A stretch of DNA of 64,000 nucleotides from Gemmatimonadota bacterium (GCA_036679605.1 JAZDCZ010000085.1:64001-128000), one strand, 5' to 3'; numbered from the stretch's first letter, positions 1 through 10,899 are shown. Notes: generated by a model not told the origin, from the sequence alone. A program made the numbers and translations.

Positions 1-115
1 GCGCAATGTCCGCCAAGGATCTGTATGAACAAATTCGCGGCGCTCATCTGCACGTGGAGCCTGCAATAGTTGCTGATCCGCGGTTAGATGGGGCTGTTTC
101 GTATCAGGCGTCTTG

Positions 116-1270
116 TTATCCGCGCCGGAGGGCGTCGATTGCTGCTGCATTGTCGTCCTTGAGGTTGTAGAAATAGGGGGAGAGACGAACATGACCGGGG
201 CGCGCATCGGCTATGATGTCGGCCGCCGCAAGATCCCTAACCTGCTCATTGGGTTTCTCCGATGGGATCATCACAATGGCACTACGTTTGGCAGATTGAG
301 CAACTGTCTTGGGGTTTAAGCCCGACGCATGTGCCCGGTCAATAAGATCATCCGTCAGTTCGCGGACCACTCCTCGAATCTTGGGCACACCGATCTCCCG
401 GATGATTTCCAAACCTCCGAGCTGTGCGTAAGCAGACGTTAGAGACGGAGTGCCCTGCTCGAACCTTCGTGCATCGTCATGCCAAGACATCGAGTGGAGG
501 TCAAAGTCAAACTGATTCCTGTGCGCGAACCAACCGGTCACCTTGGGTGTGAGCCGTCCGACTAGATCTTCGCGGACATAAAGGAAGACCATGCCTGGCC
601 CTCCCAACAGCCACTTCAGACCACCGGCCGCAAGGAAGTCCACACCCGTGGCATGCACATCCACAGGAAGTTGTCCAACGCTTTGGTAGGCATCTATGAA
701 ACAGAACGCGCCCTTAGCATGCGCTACTTCAGCGACAGCAGCGATATCCTGGACAGCGCCGGAGGTAAAGAAAACGTGGGACGTAGCTACGAGAGCCGTG
801 CGATCGTCAACTTCTGCGGCTATGGCCTCCGGAGGTACAGTGAGTCCATCAGGACTCTGAACCACAACGAGTTCAACACCATCCGCCTGTCTGGCCAACC
901 ACTGATATGCTACGGTCGGAAAATCCAACGAAGTAGTAACGACCTTGGGACGAGACTTGGAGTCCAGACAACTGGCCAAGACTGCGGTCGCGGTCGAGAC
1001 GGACGAATGCAACGCCACTTCGCTGGCCTTTGCAGCGATCACCTCCGCGTAGGCGGACCGTAGCTCGGCCAGCGCTTCCCACCACACGTCGTACCACGCC
1101 GAAGCACCACGGGCCTGCCAAATGTCCAGAACTTCTTCCACCCGTTTACGAACGCGGGTTGAAATCGCACCCAGCGAACACGAATTCAGGTAGATTTTCT
1201 CTTTGAAGATCGGAAACTCGGCTCGATAGTGAGCCAACGCATGCCCTTGCGGGGTGGTCGCGACAGCCAT
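116..1270 (-). CDS. PLP-dependent aminotransferase class V (kynureninase/cysteine desulfurase-like)
   Basis: YLNSCSLG N-terminal motif, DAYQS, GGLKWLLGGPG PLP-lysine motif, RFEQGTP, RLSPYFYN; ATG start chosen at 1270. Confidence 0.85.
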   Translation of the reverse strand: MAVATTPQGHALAHYRAEFPIFKEKIYLNSCSLGAISTRVRKRVEEVLDIWQARGASAWYDVWWEALAELRSAYAEVIAAKASEVALHSSVSTATAVLASCLDSKSRPKVVTTSLDFPTVAYQWLARQADGVELVVVQSPDGLTVPPEAIAAEVDDRTALVATSHVFFTSGAVQDIAAVAEVAHAKGAFCFIDAYQSVGQLPVDVHATGVDFLAAGGLKWLLGGPGMVFLYVREDLVGRLTPKVTGWFAHRNQFDFDLHSMSWHDDARRFEQGTPSLTSAYAQLGGLEIIREIGVPKIRGVVRELTDDLIDRAHASGLNPKTVAQSAKRSAIVMIPSEKPNEQVRDLAAADIIADARPGHVRLSPYFYNLKDDNAAAIDALRRG

Positions 1271-1335
1271 GAACGCCAATATACGTGTATAGGGCCAGTG
1301 GGGTCAGAGAGGATCTGCAAGTTGGAAGGGAACCG

Positions 1336-1629
1336 GTGAATCGACAAATCACGAGCAGCGAGAACCCGAATCGTGGTAGTTGGATCGGACTTACCTCGAG
1401 ACTCGCCGTGCGTGCGCTCATCAACCCCCGGCTTGCATTGGATCTTCTGGCCATGGTCTGGGCATTTCGGGCCCGCGATTGGTATCGAAAGCCACCGTTC
1501 CTTCCGCTGCCACCGAGAGATTACACCAGGTGGCGGCTGCACACAGCCTACGGCGATCCGGAGTGGGTGCCCTCCGTGGAAGATGTCCGACGCTTCGCAC
1601 GCTGGCGACGGGAGCTGCTGCATTTGTGA
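1336..1629 (+). CDS. hypothetical protein
   Basis: Trp/Arg-rich ORF (WYRKPPFLPLP...WRLHTAYGD); GTG after GAAGGGA; stop overlaps the queG start (GTGA). Confidence 0.65.
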   Translation: MNRQITSSENPNRGSWIGLTSRLAVRALINPRLALDLLAMVWAFRARDWYRKPPFLPLPPRDYTRWRLHTAYGDPEWVPSVEDVRRFARWRRELLHL

Positions 1630-2591
1630 CGCCTGAGCGTCGTACGGCCCTGGTCAAGAAAAAGGCGACCGACTTGGGGTTTGAAGCGGTGGGCGTGGCA
1701 AACCTAGAACCAGTCCCGCACCGTGAGGAATTCGAACGGTGGCTTGCCCGCGGAATGGCCGGAACGATGGGTTACATGCATCGTCAAGCCGGTCGGCGCC
1801 TAGAGCCCAGCAAGATCGTCCCAGGTACACTCTACGGCGTAGTCGTGACCAAGAACTACTTCACGCCCGACCCACCCCCGCCACGAGATGAACGTTCGGG
1901 TCGCGTGGCCAAGTATGCTCGAGGTCGTGACTACCATGCCGCCCTTGCAGAACCCCTGGCAGCGTTAGCGACCGCGATCAAAGACCTGGGGGACGGGGAT
2001 ACGATTGCGCGACACTACGTCGACGCCGGACCAGTGCCCGAACGTGAATTGGCTCAGCGCGCCGGGCTAGGTTGGATCGGTAAGAACACGATGCTAATCG
2101 ATCCCGCGAGCGGCTCCTTTTGTTTCCTCGCTACTGTCCTAACGGATCTTGAGCTGATACCGGACCAGCCGTTCGAGGCAGACAGGTGCGGAAGCTGCCG
2201 CCGTTGCATCGACGCATGCCCGACCGACGCCCTCCCGGAAGAGCGGACACTGGATAGCCGTTTGTGCATTTCGTATCTGACGATCGAGCACCGGGGTGAC
2301 ATCCCTGAAGAAATCCACGATCGCATGGGATCGTGGATTTTCGGATGTGATATCTGCCAAGACGTTTGCCCCTGGAATCAAAAATTTGCCGTTCCGACTG
2401 ACGATCCGGCCCTCAGGATCGACGTTTCTAGAGCGTACGAGGATTTGAATACGCTGCGGCACACCAGCGACGACGAATTTGAGCGTCGCTTTGGGTGGAC
2501 CGCGTTAGAACGGCCGGGCTCCGCGGGGATTCGACGCAACGCTGAGATCGCATTTGAGAATGCAGCTAAAGCCCGGTCGGATGATCGATAA
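1626..2591 (+). CDS. queG: epoxyqueuosine reductase
   Basis: YARGRDYH, VDAGPVPER, GWIGKN, CGSCRRCIDACPT and GCDICQDVCPWN 4Fe-4S motifs; GTG at 1626 is in frame with track ORF 1380..2591. Confidence 0.93.
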   Translation: MTPERRTALVKKKATDLGFEAVGVANLEPVPHREEFERWLARGMAGTMGYMHRQAGRRLEPSKIVPGTLYGVVVTKNYFTPDPPPPRDERSGRVAKYARGRDYHAALAEPLAALATAIKDLGDGDTIARHYVDAGPVPERELAQRAGLGWIGKNTMLIDPASGSFCFLATVLTDLELIPDQPFEADRCGSCRRCIDACPTDALPEERTLDSRLCISYLTIEHRGDIPEEIHDRMGSWIFGCDICQDVCPWNQKFAVPTDDPALRIDVSRAYEDLNTLRHTSDDEFERRFGWTALERPGSAGIRRNAEIAFENAAKARSDDR

Positions 2592-3324
2592 ATTCCCACG
2601 GAAGGTTAAACCTTTCGCTTAGATGCTCCGAAAGTGCCTTTATGCCGACGGTCTCAGTCGCGTAGTGTCCTGCATAAATCACGTTCACATTCCACTCCTC
2701 GGCATCGAAGTAGGTGTGGTGAGCACCTTCACCGGTCACCAACGTATCGACTCCGGCGGCTATGGCATCCCGGATCATGCTGCCTCCTGCTCCCGTGATG
2801 ATCCCTATGCGGGTGACCTGCTGGGGTCCGCACGGAATCAACGTCGGTTTGGCATCTAGCAGGCCTTGAAGCCGGTCCGCTAGTTCACCGCGATCAACAT
2901 TCAGGTATCCGGCCACGCCGAGAGAAACCCCGCGATAGTCACCAAATAGGCAGCAATTCGTTAGGCCCAGCATTCGGCCCAGCACAGCGTTATTGCCGAC
3001 TTCTGGATGGACGTCCAGGGGAATGTGAGCAGCGTAGAGTGAAGTTCCGCTTTCGATGAGGGCGCGTACGCGTCGTCCATGCCTTCCGGTTAAGGGCTCC
3101 ACATCACGCCAGAAGATCCCGTGATGGACTAAGAGAAGGTCCGCTCCCCTCTGGGCCGACGCGTCTATAGTGGCTTGGCAGCCGTCGACGGCAGCCGTGA
3201 TCCGGGCAACCGATCTAGAACTTTCGACCTGAAGACCGTTCAGGGCGTGGGGTTCGTCTGGTACTTCCGAAATCCGGAGATACTCATCCAGGTAGGCGAC
3301 CAAATTGTGCAAGTCCATGCTCAT
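2566..3324 (-). CDS. NIF3/YbgI dinuclear metal-centre protein
   Basis: NGLQVE, LVHHGIFW, AHIPLDVHPEVGNN, TGEGAHH, GHYATE motifs. Confidence 0.9.
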   Translation of the reverse strand: MSMDLHNLVAYLDEYLRISEVPDEPHALNGLQVESSRSVARITAAVDGCQATIDASAQRGADLLLVHHGIFWRDVEPLTGRHGRRVRALIESGTSLYAAHIPLDVHPEVGNNAVLGRMLGLTNCCLFGDYRGVSLGVAGYLNVDRGELADRLQGLLDAKPTLIPCGPQQVTRIGIITGAGGSMIRDAIAAGVDTLVTGEGAHHTYFDAEEWNVNVIYAGHYATETVGIKALSEHLSERFNLPWEFIDHPTGL

Positions 3325-3388
3325 GAGGCATCAAACTGAGAGCGAAATATTATCACTGTCAAGACACTATCCGTACAGTGATGCGACT

Positions 3389-3829
3389 CTATCTCGATAC
3401 TGGCGCGTTGAGCTGCCGCTCAGTTGCTTCGCGTTTCCGGGCTTGCTGCGGGTCTCCCATATGAATATTGCCGTTCACCTCACCACCCTCGTGAACCAAT
3501 ATTCGCCTGGTGGTTATGTCTCCATTCACTTCAGCGGTAGACTGGACTTCGACTCTTTCTTGCGCGTGGATACTACCGGTCACCTTACCACCGACGATCG
3601 CCTCTCTCGTCTGGATGTCTCCCTTTACCGCACCTTCCTTGGAAACCAGCACCTGGTGGGCGGCCTTGATGTCGCCCTCCACAACCCCGTCAATCTTGAC
3701 GACACCCTCGGTTCTCAGCTCGCCGATCACGGTCAGATCACTGCCGATAATCGAAAGAGCCTTGTCTCGCCCGGATCTCGTCTGCGTATCACTCACTCCC
3801 TGAGTCTCCCCCGAGGAGAAAATCGCCAT
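3389..3829 (-). CDS. bactofilin (polymer-forming cytoskeletal protein)
   Basis: SIIGSDLTVIGEL...IDGVVEGDI...GAVKGDI...VNGDITT...GGEVNGNIHM beta-helix repeats. Confidence 0.9.
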   Translation of the reverse strand: MAIFSSGETQGVSDTQTRSGRDKALSIIGSDLTVIGELRTEGVVKIDGVVEGDIKAAHQVLVSKEGAVKGDIQTREAIVGGKVTGSIHAQERVEVQSTAEVNGDITTRRILVHEGGEVNGNIHMGDPQQARKREATERQLNAPVSR

Positions 3830-4625
3830 CGTCGCACTCCTGGCTTACGTTTGAACTCGGATCGATTGAGAGCCCGTTACGACGTACCTCGAAATGAAGG
3901 TGCGGAGCGGTCGAGTGTCCGGTGGAGCCCGACAGTCCGATCACCTGACCAGTCGCAACTGTGTCGCCAACAGTTACTAACAACCGCGAAGCGTGCCCAT
4001 ACATGCTACTGTATCCGTCTGGATGACTCAATTCAACGAACAGCCCATACTCGCGATCACTTCCCGCTCTGACCACTGAACCTCCGCCCGCAGCACGAAT
4101 CGGTGTCCCGTTGGCCACTGCGATATCCACACCGGGGTGTACTTCGTCAGAACTTCCTGCTCCAACCTGACCACGGGTGATCACTCCAGTATGATCGAGA
4201 GGCCAATGGACTGGAAGTGACGGTCCTTTCTCGTGGCACATCGCATCGGACGGAGCTTGGGCAACGAGTGGCAGGGCCGTGGGAAGCGAACCATCTCCGC
4301 TTGAAAGCTCGGGAACGATGTCGCCTCCCAACATTGTGCGGATTTGCCGGTAGCGGGCCTCGACATGATCGAGGCTCGCTGCCAGTTGTCTAACCTGGCG
4401 ATTCTCGGTGGATAGTCTTGCCACCTCTCTATTGAGGCCCGGCACTCGCGAAGCTGTCTTGGCAACTGGCGCATAGAGAACGGCTGCCAAGACAATGAGC
4501 ACTGCCAGAATCGAAGCCGTCGTACCCGCAGTGCGTGCTAGCCACAGAGGCAATGTGATGGAGCGAGAGTTTAGGTCTCCCTCTTTGTGGACGATCAGCG
4601 TGATACGTCGCCGTGGTTTGGTCAT
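3789..4625 (-). CDS. M23 family peptidoglycan endopeptidase with N-terminal TM helix and coiled coil
   Basis: HPGVD (HxxxD), YGH, STAPHLHFE (HxH). Confidence 0.9.
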   Translation of the reverse strand: MTKPRRRITLIVHKEGDLNSRSITLPLWLARTAGTTASILAVLIVLAAVLYAPVAKTASRVPGLNREVARLSTENRQVRQLAASLDHVEARYRQIRTMLGGDIVPELSSGDGSLPTALPLVAQAPSDAMCHEKGPSLPVHWPLDHTGVITRGQVGAGSSDEVHPGVDIAVANGTPIRAAGGGSVVRAGSDREYGLFVELSHPDGYSSMYGHASRLLVTVGDTVATGQVIGLSGSTGHSTAPHLHFEVRRNGLSIDPSSNVSQECDDGDFLLGGDSGSE

Positions 4626-5512
4626 CCGTCAAATCGCTTGCCCAAGATCAACTCGAGGAGGCGATCCAAGTCGTCATGCGAATAAAAACTCATTGCTATG
4701 CGACCGCCTTTTTGCCCTCTAGCGCTTACCACTACATCGGTCTTTAGATGTTCGCGCAAGGCGTCCTCAATTCTTTTTATTTCGGGCAACACCTGCCGTA
4801 AATTCCTGGGTGTCCTAGGACGTCGCTTTGGTGCACGGTCCCCGCGGGCCCGTGCCTCCGTATCACGAACCGACAATCCCTCCTCAACGACCACCCGCGC
4901 CAGTTGCTCCATTGCAGCAGCACTGTCAAGTTGCAACAAAGCCCGGGCATGTCCCGGGTTCAGCTTACCGAGGTGCACAAAGTCTTGGATCACTCTGGGG
5001 AGCTTCAGAAGGCGGAGTGCGTTTGCGACCGTCGATCGGTCACGCCCCACCAACTCGGCAACGTTCTTTTGTGAGGCATCAAACTCCTTGACCAATCGCT
5101 GATAGCCGTGCGCCTCGTCGATCGGCGAAAGAGCATCACGTTGCAAGTTTTCGACGAGAGCGAGCGTCAACAGTGTACGATCGTCTACATCGCGAACTAC
5201 AGCACCAATCTCACTCCAGCCTAGCTGGCGCGCAGCCCGCCAGCGACGTTCCCCGGCGATCAACTCGTAGGTTCCATTCTCCCCACGGCGCAGCACAACC
5301 GGTTGCAGCAACCCGGAAACCTTCAGAGAGTTGGCCAGCTCAGCAATCGCCTCCTTGTTGAAGGATTGGCGCGGTTGATAGGGATTGGGTCGGATGGCAC
5401 CCAGAGCCACGTGCTGCAACATGCCGGCGCGGCGCGCCTCCCTCGTCGTGGCAGGACCAAGGAGTGCTTCCAGTCCTCGACCGAGTCGTTTTCCTTTGCG
5501 GTCCGTTGTCAT
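4622..5512 (-). CDS. parB: chromosome partitioning protein ParB
   Basis: LGRGLEAL ParA-binding peptide, PNPYQPR, GERRWRA, ENLQR, HTH. Confidence 0.95.
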   Translation of the reverse strand: MTTDRKGKRLGRGLEALLGPATTREARRAGMLQHVALGAIRPNPYQPRQSFNKEAIAELANSLKVSGLLQPVVLRRGENGTYELIAGERRWRAARQLGWSEIGAVVRDVDDRTLLTLALVENLQRDALSPIDEAHGYQRLVKEFDASQKNVAELVGRDRSTVANALRLLKLPRVIQDFVHLGKLNPGHARALLQLDSAAAMEQLARVVVEEGLSVRDTEARARGDRAPKRRPRTPRNLRQVLPEIKRIEDALREHLKTDVVVSARGQKGGRIAMSFYSHDDLDRLLELILGKRFDG

Positions 5513-6321
5513 GCCGGGCGTTTCACTGTGCGCCTTGGTCGGGCGATGTTTCCGGCCTCGACTCGCCGAATCACCTCTTGAGCGAGCGCCAAGTAGGCCT
5601 TGGCCCCGCTAGATCGAACGTCATACGTCAGGATCGGCTTACCAAAGCTCGGTGCCTCCGCTAACCTCACATTGCGGGAAATCACAGTCTGATACACCTT
5701 GGCGCCAAAGTACTCTCTTGCTTCGATACCAACCTGCTTAGAGAGGTTGAGTCGTGCATCGAACATCGTCAGCAATACACCTTCTATAGCTAGCGACGGG
5801 TTGAAGTTTTGTTGGACGAGGTTGATCGTGTTCAGCAGTTGCGACAGGCCTTCAAGTGCATAGTACTCGCATTGAATCGGAATCAACACCGAGTCGGCGG
5901 CAGTGAGCATATTCAGCGTCAACATTCCCAACGATGGCGGACAGTCGATTATTACAAAATCGTATTGCTCGCGCACAGACTTCAGCGCGTTGCCCAATAC
6001 TGATTCTCGCTTCTTCCGATTCACCAGTTCAACTTCTGCGCCTACGAGATCCGGAGTGGCAGGTGCTACATCGAGCAGGGGGAAACCGACCGACCGTTGG
6101 ACGACGTTCGCGAACGGCATCTCGTTCACCATAACGTCGTACAGAGAGGTCCCTAAATCACTTCTATCGAGACCAATTCCACTGGTCGCATTGGCTTGCG
6201 GGTCACCATCCACCAGGAGAGTACGGCGTTCTGCGACGGCAAGAGATGCAGATAGGTTGACTGCGGTGGTGGTCTTGCCTACACCGCCTTTCTGATTGGC
6301 GATCGCAAGGACGCTACCCAT
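5509..6321 (-). CDS. parA: chromosome partitioning ATPase ParA/Soj
   Basis: [10 protein letters not shown] deviant Walker [25 protein letters not shown]. Confidence 0.95.
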   Translation of the reverse strand: MGSVLAIANQKGGVGKTTTAVNLSASLAVAERRTLLVDGDPQANATSGIGLDRSDLGTSLYDVMVNEMPFANVVQRSVGFPLLDVAPATPDLVGAEVELVNRKKRESVLGNALKSVREQYDFVIIDCPPSLGMLTLNMLTAADSVLIPIQCEYYALEGLSQLLNTINLVQQNFNPSLAIEGVLLTMFDARLNLSKQVGIEAREYFGAKVYQTVISRNVRLAEAPSFGKPILTYDVRSSGAKAYLALAQEVIRRVEAGNIARPRRTVKRPA

Positions 6322-6456
6322 ATACCCGTAAACCTTTATATATCAACAACTTACAGCCATTACCTTTCGACAACCATTCCAGTAGCGGTCCGGATGCGGA
6401 ATATATCAGCGACGGGCGTAGTGGTAAAGGAAAGGCCTGATCCCCGTGCAGAAGGA

Positions 6457-6472
6457 TGTTTCACGTGAAACA
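6457..6472. other. parS centromere-like site
   Basis: perfect palindrome TGTTTCACGTGAAACA matching the canonical parS consensus, 135 bp upstream of parA. Confidence 0.92.
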
Positions 6473-6487
6473 GCAAACGGTTGACTT

Positions 6488-8359
6488 CTACGCCACGGCC
6501 TTTTGCCGTTTAACAACCTCCAGCACCAGATTATGAAGATCGCTTGGCGACACGCCAGGAATCCTACCGGCCTGGGCCAGCGACCTCGGCCGGACACGTT
6601 GTAGCTTCTGCCGAGCTTCTGTACTAATGCTTAGGATATCTAAATACTGTAAGTCCTTTGGCAACTTGAAGTTTGCCAATTCTACCAATTTGCGAGCGGC
6701 TGCCTGCTCCCGCTCCAGATAACCGGCGTATTTGAGTTCGACTTCCACGGAGGTCCATACATTGTCTGGAAAGTCATGGGCCTGCATCTCTTCTGAGTCC
6801 ATGAGTTCACGTAGTCCAACACCCGGTCGCCGCACGAGATCAGATGCATGCTGGGAGTCGAGCACTGGATTCTCACCTACCCTGCGCAATAGCTCGTTAG
6901 CCTCGTCAGCCCTTATTTTTGTCACCTGCACCAAGGCCAGCAGTTCTTGCTGATCCCTGATCATCCGGGCCAACACATCCTCCTCCGGCTGGCTCAGCAT
7001 GCCAAGTTCCTTCGCAAGGGGCCCCAGTCGCTTGAGGGCATTGTCGTGTCGCAGCAGTAGGCGAAACTCGGCGCGGGACGTGAAGAGTCGATACGGCTCA
7101 TCTACCCCACAGGTAACCAAATCGTCGATCAGCACCCCGATATACCCGTCTTCCCTTCCCAATACCACTGGCTCTGCACCACGGACCTGCCGGGCAGCAT
7201 TGATCCCGGCGACCACCCCCTGACCAGCAGCTTCCTCGTATCCTGTTGTCCCATTGATCTGACCTGCGAAGAAGAGCCCCTCCAGGGTTTTTACTTCCAG
7301 CCAGGGGGTTAGTTGGTCCGGAGGGTAGTAGTCGTATTCAATCGCGTAGCCTGGCCGCGTCATTCGCACGTCCTCCAGACCGGGTACCGCTCGAAGAACC
7401 TGCATCTGCGTACTCGGTGGAAGCGACGTCGATAGTCCATTCACGTACAGTTCGGTAGTCTCTAGCCCTTCTGGCTCTAGGAATATCTGATGCCTCTCAG
7501 CGTCAGGAAACTTGACGATCTTGTCCTCGATCGATGGGCAGTATCGGGGCCCGCGCCCGGAGATTGAACCGCCATAGAGGGCGGACTCATGGAGGTTTTT
7601 TTCAATAATCTGCTTCACCGGGCCCGCTGCCCAAGTAATCCAGCAGGATCTTTGATCCGGACGCCGTTCGGTCGTATACTGCGAAAAATTCCCGTTGTCC
7701 TCGCCGTCCTGCCGTTCGACCCGATCAAAGTTCACAGATCGACCGTCGATCCGAGGAGGAGTCCCGGTCTTGAACCGATCAACCGTAAGTCCTATCGCCT
7801 CAAGCTGTTCCGCAATCGCAACCGACGCCGGATCGCCTGCCCTGCCCGCCGAGATCCGAGTCTCGGTGCCACGATGAATGACCCCTCGCATAAACGTACC
7901 TGCAGTCAGTACCACTGCCCGTCCTTTAATAGTGCGACCATCGTGGGTCTCGACTCCCGTAACTCGCCCCGACTTTAGCGCCAGTGACACGACAGTGTCC
8001 TGTAAAAGGTCCAAGTTTTGGGGTTGCTCCAGAAGCGACCGAACGGCTCTTCGATAGAGCCCTCGGTCACACTGGGCCCGCGGCGCCCAAACCGCCGGTC
8101 CCTTTGAGCGGTTCAGCATCCGAAACTGGATCGTGGACCGGTCTGCCGCACGACCCATGATGCCTCCCAGAGCGTCTACCTCTCGCACCACTGTCCCTTT
8201 CGCAATTCCGCCGATTGCGGGATTACACGACATTTGCCCAATCGTTTCGATGTTGGACGTGATCATCAGCGTTCGTAGACCTAGTCGAGCCGCTGCGCAA
8301 GCGGCTTCGGATCCGGCGTGACCGCCGCCGATCACCAATACTTCATAGGTCATGGACAT
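6488..8359 (-). CDS. mnmG: tRNA uridine 5-carboxymethylaminomethyl modification enzyme MnmG (GidA)
   Basis: GGGHAG, MSCNPAIGG, GPRYCPSIEDK, GQINGTTGYEEAA, YRLFTSRAEFRL. Confidence 0.96.
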   Translation of the reverse strand: MSMTYEVLVIGGGHAGSEAACAAARLGLRTLMITSNIETIGQMSCNPAIGGIAKGTVVREVDALGGIMGRAADRSTIQFRMLNRSKGPAVWAPRAQCDRGLYRRAVRSLLEQPQNLDLLQDTVVSLALKSGRVTGVETHDGRTIKGRAVVLTAGTFMRGVIHRGTETRISAGRAGDPASVAIAEQLEAIGLTVDRFKTGTPPRIDGRSVNFDRVERQDGEDNGNFSQYTTERRPDQRSCWITWAAGPVKQIIEKNLHESALYGGSISGRGPRYCPSIEDKIVKFPDAERHQIFLEPEGLETTELYVNGLSTSLPPSTQMQVLRAVPGLEDVRMTRPGYAIEYDYYPPDQLTPWLEVKTLEGLFFAGQINGTTGYEEAAGQGVVAGINAARQVRGAEPVVLGREDGYIGVLIDDLVTCGVDEPYRLFTSRAEFRLLLRHDNALKRLGPLAKELGMLSQPEEDVLARMIRDQQELLALVQVTKIRADEANELLRRVGENPVLDSQHASDLVRRPGVGLRELMDSEEMQAHDFPDNVWTSVEVELKYAGYLEREQAAARKLVELANFKLPKDLQYLDILSISTEARQKLQRVRPRSLAQAGRIPGVSPSDLHNLVLEVVKRQKAVA

Positions 8360-8443
8360 GGTGTGGTAAAAGATACAGCTCTGTGCAGCCTGCACTATGT
8401 GTGTGATTGGAGCGGGAGACTTCCTACCTACTACAACAGCGGT

Positions 8444-9715
8444 TCAACCAGATCGTATCCACCGCCAGAGTTCTACTAGCTTGGGACGCTTGCCGTGCAT
8501 CAAGATCCCAACCCGATAGATTCGTCCCGCCACCCAAGTTATTCCTACAAGGGCGATCATCAGAAATAGGATCGATGCGCCCAGTTCAACGAGAGGGACG
8601 CCAGTGGCCGCCCATCTGACAGGCGTGGCTATTGGTGAACTAAACGGAACTAGCGTCAGCGTTTTGGCGAGCGTGCCGTCTGGTGAGTTGAGCGCGACCA
8701 TCGAAAGCATAGCTGGAATAACCAAGACCATTACAACCGGAGTTTGGGCCTGTCTGGCTTCTGCTTCGCTGTTCGACATCGCACCGACCGCAGCAAACAT
8801 CGCGGCGTACAGAAAATACCCCAGCAAAAAATACGTCAGCAGAATGATCACGAGGCTGAGTGGAATATCGGGAAGAGAGAAACCACTAGCCGAAGCTCCA
8901 CTGACGCCGAACAAACCCATAATGAAGTCACGCTGCGACAGTAGCAGCCAGCCTACACCTGTCCAGATGCCGAGCTGCAACAACCCGACGGCTCCTACTC
9001 CCACCACCTTACCCGCGAGCAACTGAAATGGTTTTAGGCTCGAAACAAGCACCTCGACAATGCGAGATGTTTTTTCTTCCACAACGGCACCCATCACCTG
9101 AACCCCATAGATCACGATAGCCATATAAAGGAGAAACCAAACAAAGTAAGCTACGAAGAAAGCAGCCTCACCTGATTGCTCAGTAACTTGACCACGACGA
9201 ATAGTCACGGTCTGCATCCGCAATGGTATTGTTGCTTGCGCCACTAAATCCGGATCGACCCCAACCTGCCCAAGTCGCTCGGTCAGCACCGCCTCGCGGA
9301 GAATCCGCCGCAGAATAGACATATCGATCTGTGATGAAACATTAGAACCTCTGTACTCGACGCTTCCATCCTGCACGGTCTCGTCAGATACTATGAGCAA
9401 CCCATCCAGCCTCTTGTCGCCCACCGCAGCTGCAAGAGAGTCCGCGACATCCTCTAGGTCAGCTAAGTCGACAGCCACATGGCTCGCCTTGATCGGTGCC
9501 GGACCGTTCAGCAGTTGTGTCACTCTTGCTCCGAACTCGCCAGCAGAAACATCGAGCACTACCACTGTGCGGTCCTGTCCGCTGGTGGCCATCAAGATCG
9601 GCAGCAAGATAAACACCGCCATCAACACTGGTCCCAGCAGAGTCGAAATCACAAACCATTTGTTCCGTACTCGCTCGACGAACTCTCGACGGATCACCAC
9701 CCAAATCTTACGCAT
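8444..9715 (-). CDS. ABC-2 type transporter permease (NatB/YhaP-like)
   Basis: multiple TM helices, EEKTSRIVEVLVSS and LLAGKVVG motifs. Confidence 0.85.
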   Translation of the reverse strand: MRKIWVVIRREFVERVRNKWFVISTLLGPVLMAVFILLPILMATSGQDRTVVVLDVSAGEFGARVTQLLNGPAPIKASHVAVDLADLEDVADSLAAAVGDKRLDGLLIVSDETVQDGSVEYRGSNVSSQIDMSILRRILREAVLTERLGQVGVDPDLVAQATIPLRMQTVTIRRGQVTEQSGEAAFFVAYFVWFLLYMAIVIYGVQVMGAVVEEKTSRIVEVLVSSLKPFQLLAGKVVGVGAVGLLQLGIWTGVGWLLLSQRDFIMGLFGVSGASASGFSLPDIPLSLVIILLTYFLLGYFLYAAMFAAVGAMSNSEAEARQAQTPVVMVLVIPAMLSMVALNSPDGTLAKTLTLVPFSSPIATPVRWAATGVPLVELGASILFLMIALVGITWVAGRIYRVGILMHGKRPKLVELWRWIRSG

Positions 9716-10673
9716 GCGCCTCGGTCTCCTGAGCCGGGGCCGTCAACGCGTCTTGTCCCACTAGATCAATGAAAATCTTGTTCAAGGTTGGCTCGGCGAT
9801 CTCGAACCGAGTTACACCCACCCCCGCTTGAACCAACTCCTCCAACAATCGTTGCGGCTCGGCGCCTTCAGCAATTTCTACCTCGGCATACTGCCCGTAG
9901 TCATCAAGGCCCGACACCAGCCTTCGGTCTGCCAAAAGACGACTCACGGACTCTAGCCCACCATCCAATGCAATTATCACATGTTTCCCGCCATGTTCCT
10001 GTTTTATCTCTGTCAGCTTCCCATCCACTACTTTTTCGCCTCTCGCAATGATGCAAACGGAATCGCACAGCTTCTCCGCTTGCTCCATGATATGGGTGGA
10101 GAATAGGATTGTCGTGCCTCTGCGGGAAAGATCGACCACCACATCCTTCATCGCCAAAGCATTCACCGGGTCGAGCCCCGAGAACGGCTCATCCAGAATT
10201 ACCAACTCCGGATCGTGAAGCACCGTCGATATGAACTGCACCTTCTGTTGCATTCCCTTGGAAAGATCATCTGCGCGCTTCGCGATCCAGTCCGACAGCC
10301 CTAGCCGCTCGAGCCACCGTCTCGACTCGACCCTGGCCTTCTCTCTGCCAACACCCTTGATCTGGGCTAGGAATACCAGCAGGTCCAACACCTTCATTTT
10401 CTTGTATAGGCCGCGCTCCTCAGGCAGGTACCCTATCTTATGGCTCAGGTCGCGCCCCGATCCGAGACCTCCAAATAATTGCACCGAACCCGAATCGGGC
10501 TCAATGATGTCCATCATCAGTCGGATCGTTGTGGTTTTTCCGGCTCCATTCGGACCTAACAGGCCGTAAATTGATCCGACAGGAACCTTGAGATCGAGTT
10601 CATGCACGGCAGTATGCCCTGCATACCGCTTCGTAACCTTAGTAAGTTCAACTGCTAGTTCTCCACCCATCAC
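9708..10673 (-). CDS. ABC transporter ATP-binding protein (NatA/YhaQ-like)
   Basis: GPNGAGKTT, LSKGMQQK, ILDEPFSGLD. Confidence 0.9.
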   Translation of the reverse strand: MMGGELAVELTKVTKRYAGHTAVHELDLKVPVGSIYGLLGPNGAGKTTTIRLMMDIIEPDSGSVQLFGGLGSGRDLSHKIGYLPEERGLYKKMKVLDLLVFLAQIKGVGREKARVESRRWLERLGLSDWIAKRADDLSKGMQQKVQFISTVLHDPELVILDEPFSGLDPVNALAMKDVVVDLSRRGTTILFSTHIMEQAEKLCDSVCIIARGEKVVDGKLTEIKQEHGGKHVIIALDGGLESVSRLLADRRLVSGLDDYGQYAEVEIAEGAEPQRLLEELVQAGVGVTRFEIAEPTLNKIFIDLVGQDALTAPAQETEAHA

Positions 10674-10899
10674 ATCGTATCCTCCTGCGCCGCATCAATC
10701 TCGAAGCAACACATTTCCGGTACAGTGAGTCTCCGCCCAACCCAAGATTTTGGCGTGGCCAAGTTCACTCGCATCATTCCAGGAACAGTTCGAGCCCAAT
10801 TGTCGTTAAGTATAGCAAGTGGAACTACATGGCGTTCGGGAGAACGCTTCCGTCGTCCATTTTCTTGCATGTTGTTAGCTAGGGAGGGTGATCAGGCTG

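Noticed and set aside
1..115. Possible gene start on the minus strand (ATG at 47) or gene end on the plus strand
   Set aside because: Too little sequence at the window edge and no recognisable motif
1380..1625. Long N-terminal extension of queG in the ORF track
   Set aside because: Overlaps the upstream gene; QueG similarity begins at GTG 1626
3305..4072. 255-aa plus-strand ORF
   Set aside because: Antisense shadow of the bactofilin and M23 genes with no motif
10670..10870. 66-aa minus-strand ORF upstream of the ABC ATPase
   Set aside because: No recognisable features; lies in a divergent promoter gap that may hold a plus-strand sigma remnant
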